The translations under genes were made by a program, and so were the position numbers. The notes under the pieces were generated by a model. It searched no databases, was not told the DNA's origin, and saw nothing but the letters and a program-made list of their open reading frames with translations. 64,000 nucleotides of DNA from Pristiophorus japonicus (taxonomy: Eukaryota). This document shows, one piece after another, positions 25,501-37,909 of this stretch (its first letter is position 1; each line of letters begins with the position of its first letter). The DNA lies in contig NC_091989.1 in the NCBI RefSeq assembly GCF_044704955.1, positions 85,312,001-85,376,000 on the forward strand. The letters are read 5' to 3'.

Positions 25501-28082
25501 CTTTTGAAGTCCAGCAGGCGAATAGCTCTGTATAGTACATTTGTAACACTTTTTTGCAGCTATGCCAAGTGCTGGCATGCTCTTCAGCACTACCCATCGA
25601 AGCACACTGCTTCCCTTGGCGTTTTGATAATAGAGGTGTGACAGAATTGTTGGGTTATCGGGTTACAGATTTGCTGTTGCTGCTGGCTCCCATAATCTCA
25701 AGGCTGCTACACTTTGGGATGTTAAATCCGTCCAAATTATATTCCACACAACACGGCAGCAGAGCAACAGTAGCCAGTAGCGGGTGTTGGAATGCGACTC
25801 TGAAAATAAATTATATGTGTATAGCTGAGGTCTACCAGCATCACTCTGCTTGAGGACGGGAGAAACCACCGTAAAAATGGTGGAAACTGATATTTATAGT
25901 CATTCTTCCTATTTCTCGAGGTTTCGCACTGGTCTCTCGCAGAAACTGTGGTGGGAGAGCAGAAGTTGTTCCATTCATTTAAGAATTTATTCTTTCAATC
26001 GTAGGTAGATGTGTCTGTGAAAGGCAGGTTGTTGAGTACCAGTGCAGTAATTTATCCATCGTGCCTCGACTTTTGCTATCTCACTGAAGTCTCGTTCGGA
26101 AGCAGTATCATTCAAAAGTGTGCCAGTTAATTCAATGATGGAAATTGCAGCCCCTCACTGAACGTGCACTCTACGTAGTTGCTTCCCTCTGTTTTCTTCT
26201 ACTTGATATTCAGCATAGACACATGTTAAATCCTCAGCTGCATGTTATCAACAGTTGGTTTGCTTAGCTTGTTGCTATTAAGGACTTCCATGGCAAGTTC
26301 CATTCCATGCCATCCCCAACCGACTGTGTTCTCAACTCGTTTGGCCTATCCTGCTAGTAACATAGAGAATACACATTGATGCTGATGGAGAAGTTTGGAA
26401 ATTTGGCTTAACATTATGAATTGGTGAGAACGATTATGAAAGGCTGTTGGAAACATTAATTAGTCTGACAACTATCTAACAATGGGCACCAGCCCAAACA
26501 TGTTATGGGGAAGAGTTTTTTTGATCCAATGCTCTCACATCGCCTTTTGTTCCAATCTAATGTTGGGGTCTTTGCCAATAGGTCCTCCTGATTTTTTTAC
26601 ACGTTTTGTAGTGGTTTTTGTTATCTGACTGGTTTGCTGCTCCCATGATTTCTTCTCATTACCTTCTGTAAGGTCTTAATCTACTTTTATTTAAACATCA
26701 CTTTCAGATACAATCTATAATTTGTATTTGACAGCATATTTCCCAAGCAACAGTAAGGCTCAGGTACGAAATTATTCCTGGACAATTTTGAAATGAAACA
26801 TATTTATGCTTTTCTTATTGTTCTTTTCTGTCTTTTTCCTCTCTTGATCCAATGTTTATTTCCCTTTCCTTAATTGTCTTTATGCCTCTAATTAGATTCT
26901 AATTCATCCTATTTTCTTTGCCATCATTCCTTCTGTTTCATTCTTTATCATTAAATCTTCATTAGTTAAGGATTTAGACTATTGTTCCCTTCGTTCACCA
27001 CGGTCGCCAATTAAAATTGGCCTGCCGTTATCAGTTCGCACTTCCATGAATTTGCCATGCAAATAATATTTAGTGCTGAGGAGTGAGTGAAAAAAGCAAC
27101 TAATGGCGCTCACCACGTGATCTCCGCCCCAGCAAACCCGTCGTAAAATAATTAGTCATTTTGTAAATTTCACTGAATATTCAAGTACATTCAAATAAGC
27201 AGTACAAAAGTAATTTTATTGAACTTTACATTTTTGATATGAGGAATCAAGAATATTATTTATTGAGACAGGCACGGTTCTCAGGAATCATTTGAATCTC
27301 TCTAAGCAGAATGGATTGCATAGTGTCTTTAATTTATTTTTTATTCGTTCATTCCTAGTGGACTTGCGGATAATACATTAGTCCAGTTTCTTCTGATTGT
27401 GATACACTTTTGCAAAACTAACAAAGCACCAAAATCTTCAGGTGCAGTTCCATCGTTAGATATTCTATGTTATTCTTCAGGATAAGGTTGTCACGAACAA
27501 GGCCAGGAATTCTTCCCCATCGATAGTTGGATTTGAGTTGGTGCTGATAGAACTTATTCCTGAAACATTGTAGTCCAGAATTGTTGAGAATGTATTCAAA
27601 CAATCATTAAAAGCCAAGCTTATTGCAGACACATCTGTCTCTACTGTTACAGCACCATATAAAAGCATTAAAACAGGTTATCACCTGTTGCTGAAATTTT
27701 AATTGCTAAAGATAAATTGATATGAGTTGCTATGTTGTGCATTTGAGAAGGAAAGTTTAGCTGAAGTTTAAGGGGATCGTCAAATTTTCATTTTTAAAGA
27801 AAGGATTGCAGACTAAGTTATCACTGAACGAATCTTTTGGGGAAATAAAATTGCACCTTGAAAACACTTGCCAGTCCAACATTACTGTTAGCATTTACTA
27901 TCATTATCAGCTCACAAAATTAATTCAGAAACAATATACCAGTTATTTTTGGGAAACGAATGATTCTCCAATATAAATAATAGACACACAAAATGTGTTA
28001 ATAACTAGAACCAAGTGGGAACGATTGATCAATTTCTAAGAGATATTACCATAATATAGCATGGGGCACTAAATTTCATACA

Positions 28083-28570
28083 GGGCTGACGACTGGGACC
28101 AGCGGAAGTCCGAGCAACCAGCATCGTGAGAGGAGCGGTGCGGGAGGATAAAGGGCAGTGACAGCGACTGGGAGTGGTGACAGTCTGAGCAGCCAGCATC
28201 GCAAGATGAGCAGCGTGGGAGGATAAAGGTTGGCGTCAGCGGCTGTGAGCGGCGGCATCCAAACAGCCAGCATTGCAAGAGGAGCGGTGCTGGAGGATAA
28301 AGGGCAGTGGCAGTGACAAGGAGTGATAACAGTCCGAGCAGCATCACGAGATGAGCAGTGCGGGAGCATGAAGGGCGGTGGCAGCGAGTGAGGGCGGCAG
28401 TAGTTGGAGCTGCCAGCATCAGGAGAGGAGCGGCACAGGAGGATACAGGGCAGCAGAAGCGACTGGGAGTGGCAGCAGTCCGAGCAGCCAAAATCGCGAG
28501 TGGAGGATAAAAGGCGACGGCAGCGAATGGGACCGACAGAAGGCCGAGCAGCCAGCTGGTGCAGAGGTGG
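28083..28570 (+). repeat. Tandem array of about 6.5 units of 64-75 bp at the 5' end of a CR1 element
   Basis: Recurrent gagcagccagcatc...gaggagcggtg...gaggataaagggc; the gaggataaagg core recurs near 28144, 28220, 28293, 28364, 28439 and 28503. Confidence 0.85.
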
Positions 28571-30787
28571 AAGGTAAAACAAAGGATTAAAAAGAATTCA
28601 AAGTGTGACGTCACAGCCAAGCGGGTAAGTGATTAGCTGGTGGATTGGTGAGTATTTAATATTTTTATTTTTATTTTTGTTTCCTTATCAGTAGGTAACA
28701 TTTGGCATTGTTGCCAAATTAAGCTTATTTACTGGTTAAGTCATGGCAGGAGAGCCCAGACCCGTGTCATGCACCTCCTGTGCAATGTGGTAAGTCAGAG
28801 GCGCTTCCAGTGTACCTGACTACTATGTCTGGAGGAAGTGTGTCCAGTTGCAGCTCCTGACAGACCACATTGCGGCACTGGAGCTGCGCATGGACTGACT
28901 CTGGAGCATCCACGATGCTGAGGACGTCTTGAATAGCAAGTTTAGTTAGTTGGTCACACCACAAGTAAAGATTTCTCAGGCAGATAGGGAATCGGTGACC
29001 ATCAGCCAGAGCTGTGGAAGGAAGGAAGTGCAGTGGTTCCCTGCGGTCATCTCCCTCCAAAACAGCACCCTGGGTGACTCTGCTGCAGAGGATGGCAGGA
29101 GACAGCGTGGGAGAGCTATAGTGGTAAGGAAGTCTATTGTAAGGGGAATAGATAGGCATTACTGCGGCCGCAATTGAGACACCAGAATGGTATGTTGCCT
29201 CCCTGGTGCAAGGGTCAAGTATGTATCGTAGCAACTGCAGGGCATTTTGAAGGGGAGTGTGAACAGCCATTTGTCATAGTGCATATACATACCAACGATA
29301 TAGGTACAAAACGGGATGAAGCCCTACAAGCTGAATTTAGGGTCCTTGGAGTTAAATTAAAAAACTGGCCTCAAAGTTAGTAATCACAGGATTGCTACCA
29401 ATGCCACATGCGAGTCAGAGTAGAACAAGCAGAATAGTTACGATGAATACGTGGCTTGAGGAATGGTGCAAGAGGGAGGGATTCAAATTCCTGGGATTTT
29501 CGATCCGGTAATTATGAAAGATAAATCTTGCTTGATGAATATTGTGGAATATTTTTGAGGATGTACCTAGCAGAGTGAACAAGGGAGAAGCAATGGATGT
29601 GGTGTATTTGGAATTTCGAAAGGCTTTTGATAAGGTCCCGCACAAGAGATTGGTGCACAAAATAAAGCACATGGTATTGTGGGTAATGTACTGACGTGGA
29701 TAGAGAACTGGTTAGCAGACAGGAAGCAAGCAGTAGGATTAAACGGGTCCTTTTCAGATTAGCAGGCAGTGACTAGTGGAGTGCCGCAGGGCTCAGTGCT
29801 GGGACCCCAGCTCTTTACAATATACATTAACGATTTAGATGAACGAATTGAGTGTAATTTCTCCAAGTTTGCAGATGACAGTAAACTGGGTGGCGGTGTG
29901 AGCTATAAGGAGGACGCTAAGAGGCTGCAGAGTGATTTGGACAGGCTAGGTGTTTGTGCAGATGCAGTATAATGTGGATAAGTGTGAGGTTATCCATTGT
30001 GGGGGCAAAAACATGAAGGCAGAATATTATCTGAATTGCGGAAGATTAGGGAAAGGGGAGGTGCAGCGAGACCTGGGTGTCATGGTTCATCAGCCATTCA
30101 AAGTTGGCATGCAGGTACAGCATGCAGTGAAGAAGGCAAATGGTATGTTGGCCTTCATAGCGAGAGAATTGTGAATAGGGGCAAGAAAGCCTCACTGCTG
30201 TTGTACAAAGCCTTGATGAGGCCACAGCTTGAATATTGTGTACATTTTTGATCCCCTAATATGAGGATGGACATTCTTGCTATTGAGGGAGTGCAGCGAA
30301 CGTTCACCAGACTGAATCCCAGGATGGCAGGACTGTCATCTGAAGAAACATTTGTATCGACTAGGTTCATATTCACTGGCATTTAGAAGAATGAGAGGGG
30401 ATATCATAGAAACATATAAAATTCTGACCGGATTGTACAGGCTAGATGCAGGAAGAATCTTCCCGATGATGGCGAAGTCCAGAACCAGGTGTCACTGTCT
30501 AAGGATAAGGGGTGAGCCATTTAGGACCAAGATGAGGAGAAACATCTTCACTCAGAGAATTCTGAACCTGTGGAATTCTCTACCACAGAAAGTTGTTGAG
30601 GCCATTTCGTTCGATATATTCAAAAGGGAGTTAGATGTGACTCTTACGTCTAAAGGAATCAAGGGATTTGGAGAGAAAGCAGGAATGGGATACTGAATTT
30701 GCATGATCATCCATGAACATGTTGAAATGTGGTGCTGCTCGAAGGGCCGAAGGGCCTACTCCTGCATCTATTTTCTATGTTTCTATG
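28083..30787 (+). mobile_element. CR1 LINE with 5' repeats and ORF1 (zinc finger plus esterase), internally deleted, then RT 3' half and (tttctatg)n tail
   Basis: ATG 28743 MAGEPRPVSCTSCAMW*; SIVRGIDR and VHIHTNDIG esterase motifs; jump at about 29500 to RT ([19 protein letters not shown]); tail at 30770-30787. Confidence 0.88.
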
Positions 30788-30949
30788 AATATTTATTAAT
30801 TGGGCTAACTCATTTACGATGTAAGATAGAAACAGCAAAATGTATCATTACCCAAAGCAATTAGATTTTCTTACTAAAATATTTATAAGGTAAATTTGAA
30901 TAAATCATCTGGGCATAATTAATTGAAATATATCAACAAAAACATCAAT

Positions 30950-31450
30950 TTTTATTCATATAGCGCCTTGAACGTACTGAGACGTTCCAATGCACTTCAC
31001 AGGAGTAAAATTAAACCAAAACTTTGACAGCAAACCATGTAAGGTGACCAAAAGCTTGATCAAAGAGCTAGGTTTAAATGAGCGTCTTAAAGGAGAGAAG
31101 AATGGGAGTGACTCGTTTCGGATTTGGCAGGGAATTCCAGTGCTTGGAGCTGAGCAAGAGAAGACACAGAGTTCAATGTTTGAGTTCTTATAAACGGAAT
31201 GCTCAAGAGGGCATAATTAGAAGAGTGCACATACCTCGGGAAGTTGTGGGTTTGAAGGAGATGAAAGTGGGAAGGCGTGACAAAGTCAAGAAGGGATTTG
31301 AAAACAAGAATAAGAATTTTTAAATCGAGGCCTTCCTTAACCGGGGGCCAAAATAGTTGAGCAAGCACATGGCTGGTGGGTGAGCGCAACTTGGTGCGAG
31401 ATAGGACACGAGGAGCCGATTTTCGTAGATTAGATTGTTGGAGGCCAGCC
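30950..31450 (-). mobile_element. L2-type LINE 3' fragment
   Basis: RSPTSHVLAQLFWPPVKEGLDLKILILVFKSL resembles the L2 SPITPVLADLHWLPV...FKILLLVFKSL segment. Confidence 0.72.
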
Positions 31451-31639
31451 AGGTATTAAGCAATCACGCTTTAATCTACATTCTATTGGCAGTTAGTAAA
31501 ATGGAGATGAAAATATTATGTTGATAATCTTCTCGTAGAGGCGTTTGGGTCCTTGCCTATGAACTTCTTAAGAAAACAGCGTTTGATATCCTGGCCATTA
31601 TCCAATAAATGGACATCATGCAGGGGGAAAGAAGCAAAG

Positions 31640-32469
31640 AACTTTAGGCAACCCCACGATATTTTGATGAAATCACTTGAACGCCCAAGAGTGACTTGTA
31701 TCTGATGGCATGTGTTGTATGATACTGTTATATCATGTGCACAAATATGATTTGTTGCATATGAGGCAGCTACCATGCACAAACACATGTTAAATTTGAA
31801 GTGTCTCAGACATGCCCAGTTATTTGTCAACAGCGTAGTGTAAATAATTAAAGTTGCTTAGGAAAGTGGGACAATTTTGAACTCATTAAGGCACTGACAC
31901 ACATTCCATTGAGGAAACGACTTTGAAACAATTGGGATAGAGTAAAACACGCTGGAACCTATCAGACGAATTGGAATTGAAATTAAAGTAAACAGCGACA
32001 TAAAATTTGGATGTGTACAATTGAGGTATAGGGAGAAATCATACTTGGTAAGATTTATCCATGAGATGGATATGAGTAAATGGAGAGCTATGGAATCTAT
32101 TAAGTCCATTATGTTTTGTTGATATGGTGTACTGTAGCTTTCTGTACAATGCATTATGGTTTTCTTTGGATGATGATGAGTTCCTTGACACTTATGCTTA
32201 GAAGATTTGATGGACGTGTTAATTACTTAAAATTAGTGTAGCAAAATATTACCAATGTGCTTGATGGCTATTCGCTCCACTCCACATTCCACAACAGCAG
32301 CGACTCCGTATCAGGCTATGACAGGTTACTTTCAACCAAATTGGAAAGGGGCTTTCTAGTTTTGGAGAGGGCCAGTCCAGCTTTATATGTAGACGAGTTG
32401 TATGATAAAAATGGCAAAAGAGCAGGCAGAAGATTTTATATTAATCAATTAAAACCTATGACAAAATAA
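31640..32469 (+). mobile_element. Decayed LTR-retroelement pol remnant (integrase C-terminus; possible RNase H remnant upstream)
   Basis: From 32243, KILPMCLMAIRSTPHSTTAATPYQAMTG; after a frameshift, QPNWKG/FLVLERASPALY...RRFYINQLKP* (GPY/F module). The upstream part is only weakly recognisable. Confidence 0.7.
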
Positions 32470-33088
32470 CATCAGTTAAATTTAGACTGATAATCACGTA
32501 CTCTGATTGATTTCAACAGGCGATTGAACGCTAACAACACACTGAGTGAGATACTGTGGCGTGCTGCCGCCATTAATTCTTTGTTGGAAGTCTTTGTCAG
32601 GAAGACATCAGCATTGAGTTGAATGTTGACGGGCCGAATGGACGAAGGCTTACAAGAGAACGATGTATTTGAAATAAAATAAGTATATGAAGTGTAGCTA
32701 AAACGAGGTTGCACCAATATAAACTGAAATAAGCCCAATCATCCAATAGAATTTTTCACCATGCCAAATAAGAATCCAGCTGGAGAAATGGGAATGCCCG
32801 ATGTGGGGAGTAAAAGGGTGAAACAGTGTTTAGGACGGATTAGCTCTGACTCAAACACTCAATTTGCCACGATTTTGTCAATGGAACCACGCCCGCACTG
32901 ATAAAGGAATTGGATGTAGAATAACTGCCATAGAACAGCCATCAGGGGGCAATATCATAACGGTAATGGTGAAAATGTGAAAGCAATTTTTTGGGACCCT
33001 GGAAAACAAGGGTGAAATTAGTCGGCCCTATCGAAATAACACAAATGTTAAAAGTAATTTATTCAGAAAATGTTCTGTATAATAACTG

Positions 33089-34255
33089 AAAATCTCAGCG
33101 CTTCAGGCAGCATCTGTGCAGTGAAAATCAGAGTTAATATTTCGGGTTGCTCTGTTTCTATTTCCGGCATCTCTACTGTCACCTTGTGCCCTCCTTCTGA
33201 GAACCACGACAGGGTTCCTCTTGTCCTCACCTTTTACACCACCTGCCTCCACTTTCGACGGATCATACTCCGCCATTTCCGCCACCTCCAGTGTGATCCC
33301 ACCAGCAATCACATCTGCCACTCCCCTCCTCCCTCAGCATTCTGAAGAAACTGCTCCCTCCGCGACACACTGGTCCATTCCACAGTCATTCCCAGCATAC
33401 CCACCCTTGCCACGGCAGCTTCCCGTGCAAGCACAGGAGTTGCAACACTTACCCTTTTACCTCCTCCCTCCCCACTAACTACGCCCCAAATACTCCTTCC
33501 AGGTGAACGGCGATTTACTTGTACTTCTTCCAACTTTGTACACAGTATTCGCTGTTCACGATGTGGTCTTCTCTACATTGGGGAGACCAAGCACGATCGG
33601 GTGTCTGCTCCGCTGAACATCTCCATTCAGTATGTAAGTGTGAAGCTGGGCTTCCGGTCACCTGTCACTTTAAGTCTCTATGCCATTCCCACTCTGATAT
33701 CTGATTCCTCTGACCCTTCCACTGTTCTAATTAATCACAACTCAAGCACTTCACCTTTCATTTAGGCAATTTACAGACTTCTGGACTCAACATCAAGTTC
33801 AAAAATTTCAGAGCAGGATCTCTGACCACCTTTGGCTCCGTTTCCCTCCACCCACCCCCAACATATTATGTTTTTATTCTTCCATTCTCTCTCGCCTTTT
33901 TTTTCCTCTTTGTCTATAATGGCTAGTCATTACAACGCCATTCACAACCTAGCAAGATTAACCTTTTCATCTCACTTCTGTCATTACCATTTCAATTTTG
34001 CCATCCTCCCTTTTGTCTCTCTAATCTTCCTGCCTTCCACCATATCACATACCTTTGTTCTGGTTCTTTCTTCCCCTCCCCGTTTTAGTGCTTACGAATA
34101 TTCTCTTTTCGAACATTCAGCAATTCTGATAAAGGATCGTCAATCAGAAACGTAAACTCTGCTTTTCTCTGCACAGATGCTACCTGACCCGCTGATATTT
34201 CCAATATTCACTGTTTTTATTTTTGATTCCAGTATCCGCAATATTTTGCTTTTGA
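33089..34255 (+). mobile_element. Penelope-like element fragment (GIY-YIG endonuclease end) flanked by inverted terminal repeats
   Basis: DRVPLVLTFY...IILRHFRHLQ; SIRCSRCGLLYIGETK; 33089-33145 is the reverse complement of about 34148-34202. Confidence 0.8.
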
Positions 34256-34467
34256 CTGAAAATATTGTCTGCTTCGAAATTTTACCGGTTGTTTTCAACT
34301 TAACACTTTTATAGTTAAGCAACAGATTGTGCCATGGTAATTATCTGCCATGGTAATTATCCTGTCTCATTTTAAAGTTGTTGGTAGAGGAATCAAAGAC
34401 AAAAAACCAAAGCAAGGACTGATGAAGCCATGACTTGGATAAAAAAGAGGGACTAAAGGTTTACAAT

Positions 34468-34731
34468 TGCAGGGGCTTATCGGACTGGTTATGGATAGGA
34501 GCTACAGCTGGCATGGCATGAATGAACTGGATAGACAAAAAGAACATGTGGGCACGTGGTGAAGTCATGCAAAAGCAATTTAAGGATCAACTAATTAGAT
34601 AAAATGGCCGAAGCAGTGACCTGATCGATCAACTGGAGAAGACCATACTGTCTGCTAAAGAGATGGTGGTGCCAGTACAATCCATCTCAGCTAAGATTAG
34701 TGAAATTATTGGGACTAATAACCAGGGTTAA
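34468..34731 (+). pseudogene. Possible envelope/fusion-protein remnant of the LTR element
   Basis: One frame reads CRGLSDWLWIGATAGMA*MNWIDKKNMWARGEVMQKQFKDQLIR*NGRSSDLIDQLEKTILSAKEMVVPVQSISAKISEIIG: a fusion-peptide-like stretch followed by an amphipathic helix, downstream of the integrase on the same strand. Confidence 0.4.
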
Positions 34732-35015
34732 GAGAACTCGTTTTTGTTTTTGCCTCAGGAAAAATATTGATCGGAGTACTTGTGCAGTAATCTGTTCTTC
34801 TTCGAATACTATTACCGGATTTTATACATCTACTTGTACAATTTAACGCTTTTTGTTACCTGACAATTTTTCTTTTTGAAGTCCACATATTCATTCTGTT
34901 CTGGTCAGCAAGGATTGCTTCTTCTTGTGAACGCTCTATTTGATTTCCTATTCAAAAATGGTGAGCCTGTGGTTTTCAAGAAGCAAAAGCAAGGAGGTTG
35001 CGAGTGGGCTGTCTT

Positions 35016-35300
35016 AGAAACAGAGAAATCAGAGAAATTTGCAGTACAGAATGAGTCCATTCAGTATCATCGTGTCTTCCCCAGCTGACGAAGAGCTATC
35101 CAGCCTAGTCCCACTTTCCAGCTATTGGTCCCTAGCCCTGTTGGTTATGGCACTTCAAGTGCACATCCAAGTACTTACTCAATGTGGTGAGGGTTTCTGC
35201 CTCTACCACCCTTTCAGGTAGTGAGTTCTAGGCGCCCACCATCCTCTGGGTGAACACATTTCTCCTTAACTCGCCTCTAAGCCTCCTCTTGAATTCTTGG
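35016..35300 (-). mobile_element. CR1 3' end fragment
   Basis: Similar to 39300-39560. Confidence 0.7.
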
Positions 35301-36510
35301 CTGTAACTTCTATACCGTGCAGAAAAAGCTGAGAGGTTTTTATGCTATTTCATTCCTGCAGGACGAGCCTTTTCTTATTCGTCAACAATTATACTTGATT
35401 GAATGTGAAAAAATATGTTTATGCACTGCTGTTCGGGTGATAGAATCATAGAATTATAAAATAGCATAGCACAGAGCGAGGTCATTTGGCCCAACGAGTC
35501 TGGTCTGGCTATTTCGACGAGATATGCAGTTATGCCCATTTCCTGCTCTTTCCCCATCTCAATGCGTTTTTTTCTCCCTCTGGTATTTATCGAATTACAT
35601 TATAAATGCTGATATTTAATCTGTATCCACTGCCCTATCAGGCAGTGTCATCTAAATTGTTATTACTCCTTGCATAAGAAAGCGTTTCTTTTGCTAATCC
35701 CGTTAAATCGGTGCCCTCCCACTATCGATCTTTTAGCCATTGAAATGAGTTTCCCTTTATTTAATCAGTCGAATAAGTTCATGATTTTAAACACCTCTAT
35801 CAAATCAGCTGTTAGCCTTCTCTGCTCCAAGGAGAACAACGCCAGCGTTTCTATCTAGCCATGCAAGTTATTGCTAATGTCATGAACCTTTCTAGTAAAT
35901 CTCTTCTATACTCTATCCCAAGTCTCCAAGTTATTCCTTAGGTGTTGTGCACAGAATTATACATAATACTCCAGCTGGGGCCGCACTAGTGATTTATATA
36001 GGTTTAGCTGAATTTACTAGCTTTTGTACTCTATGCCTTTAATTATAACACCTAGGACCCGTACGCATTAGTAATTGCTTTGGTTACCCGTCCTGCTACC
36101 TTCAGAGATTGCTGCACAATCAGCCCCTTTTCCCTCTCTTCTTTCATCCACTTTAAAATGTTACCATTGCACATGTATTGTCTCTCCTCATTTTTCCTCT
36201 CAAAATGTATCACCTCACAAATGTCTTTTAATGTTCATCAGCCTTGTGTCCATCCATTCCACTAGCTCGTCTATATCTTCTTGATGGCAATTACTACCTT
36301 TCTTACTCTTGAATATACTCCATAGTTTCGTGTCATCTCAAAATTTCGAAATTGTGCCCTCTACCCCAAAGTCCAATTCATTACTGTATATCAAAAACAG
36401 TAGTGCTATATGTACTAAACATTGGTGAACTCTATTGTATACGTCCCTCTCGTCTGAATAACAAAAGACATTCGTCACAATTCTCTGTTTTCTATCCCTC
36501 AGCCAATTCT

Positions 36511-37909
36511 GTATCGGTAGTGGGTAAAATGATGGAATCAATTATTAAGGATGTCATAGCAGTGCATTTGGAAAGAGGTGACATGATAGGTCCAAGTCAG
36601 CATGGATTTGTGAAAGGGAAATCATGCTTGACAAATCTTCTGGAATTTTTTGAGGATGTTTCCAGTAGAGTGGACAAGGGAGAACCATTTACTGTGGTAT
36701 ATTTGGACTTTCAGAAGGCTTTCGACAAGCTCCCACACAAGAGATTAACGTGCAAAGTTAAAGCACATGGGATTGGGGGTAGTGTGCTGACTTGGATTGA
36801 GAACTGGTTGTCAGACAGGAAGCAAAGAGTAGGAGTAAATGGGGACTTTTCAGAATGGCAGGCAGTGACTAGTGGGGTACCACAAGGTTCTGTGCTGGGG
36901 CCCCAGCTGTTTACACTGTACATTAATGATTTAGACGAGGGGATTAAATGTAGTATCTCCAAATTTGCGGATGACACTAAGTTGGGTGGCAGTGTGAGCT
37001 GCGAGGAGGATTCTATGAGGCTGCAGGCGACTTGGATAGGTTAGGTGAGTGGGCAAATGCATGGCAGATGAAGTATAATGTGGATAAATGTGAGGTTATC
37101 CACTTTGTTGGTAAAAACAGAGAGTCAGACTATTATCTGAATGGTGACAGATTAGGAAAAGGGGAGGTGCAAAGAGACCTGGGTGTCATGGTACATCAGT
37201 CATTGAAGGTTGGCATGCAGGTACAGCAGGTGGTTAAGAAAGCAAATGGCATGTTGACCTTCATAGCGAGGGGATTTGAGTACAGGGGCAGGGAGGTGTT
37301 GCTACAGTTGTACAGGGCCTTGGTGAGGCCACACCTGGAGTATTGTGTACAGTTTTGGTCTCCTAACCTGAGGAAGGACATTCTTGCTATTGAGGGGGTG
37401 CAGCGAAGGTTCACCAGACTGACTCCCGGGATGTCGGGATTGACCTATCAAGAAAGATTGGATCAACTGGGCTTGTATTCACTGGAGTTCAGAAGAATGA
37501 GAGGGGACCTCATAGAAACGTTTAAAATTCTGACGGGGTTAGACAGGTTAGATGCAGGAAGAATGTTCCCAATGTTGGGAAAGTCCTGAACCAGGGGACA
37601 CAGTCTAAGGATAAGGGGTAAGCCATTTAGGACCGAGATGAGGAGAAACTTCTTCACCCAGAGAGTGGTGAACCTGTGGAATTCTCTACCACAGAAAGTT
37701 GTTGAGGCCAATTCACTAAATATATTCAAAAAGAAGTTAGATGAAGTCCTTACTAGTAGGGGGATCAAGGGGTATGGCGAGAAAGCAGGAATGGGGTACT
37801 GAAGTTGCATGTTCAGCCATGAACGCATTGAATGGTGGTGCAGGCTAGAAGGGCCGAATGGCCTACTCCTGCACCCATTTTCAATGTTTCTATGTTTCTA
37901 TGTTTCTAT
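36511..37909 (+). mobile_element. Young 5'-truncated CR1 (RT to 3' end) inserted in the older antisense CR1
   Basis: Near-intact ORFs 36352..37044 and 37032..37589 ([30 protein letters not shown]) with one frameshift and one stop; (tttctatg)n tail. Confidence 0.93.

Noticed and set aside
28069-28620. 183-aa and 168-aa minus-strand ORFs
   Set aside because: Products of the GC-rich tandem array; repetitive translation only
34330-34361. Perfect 16-bp tandem duplication tgccatggtaattatc x2
   Set aside because: Isolated slippage duplication with no functional context
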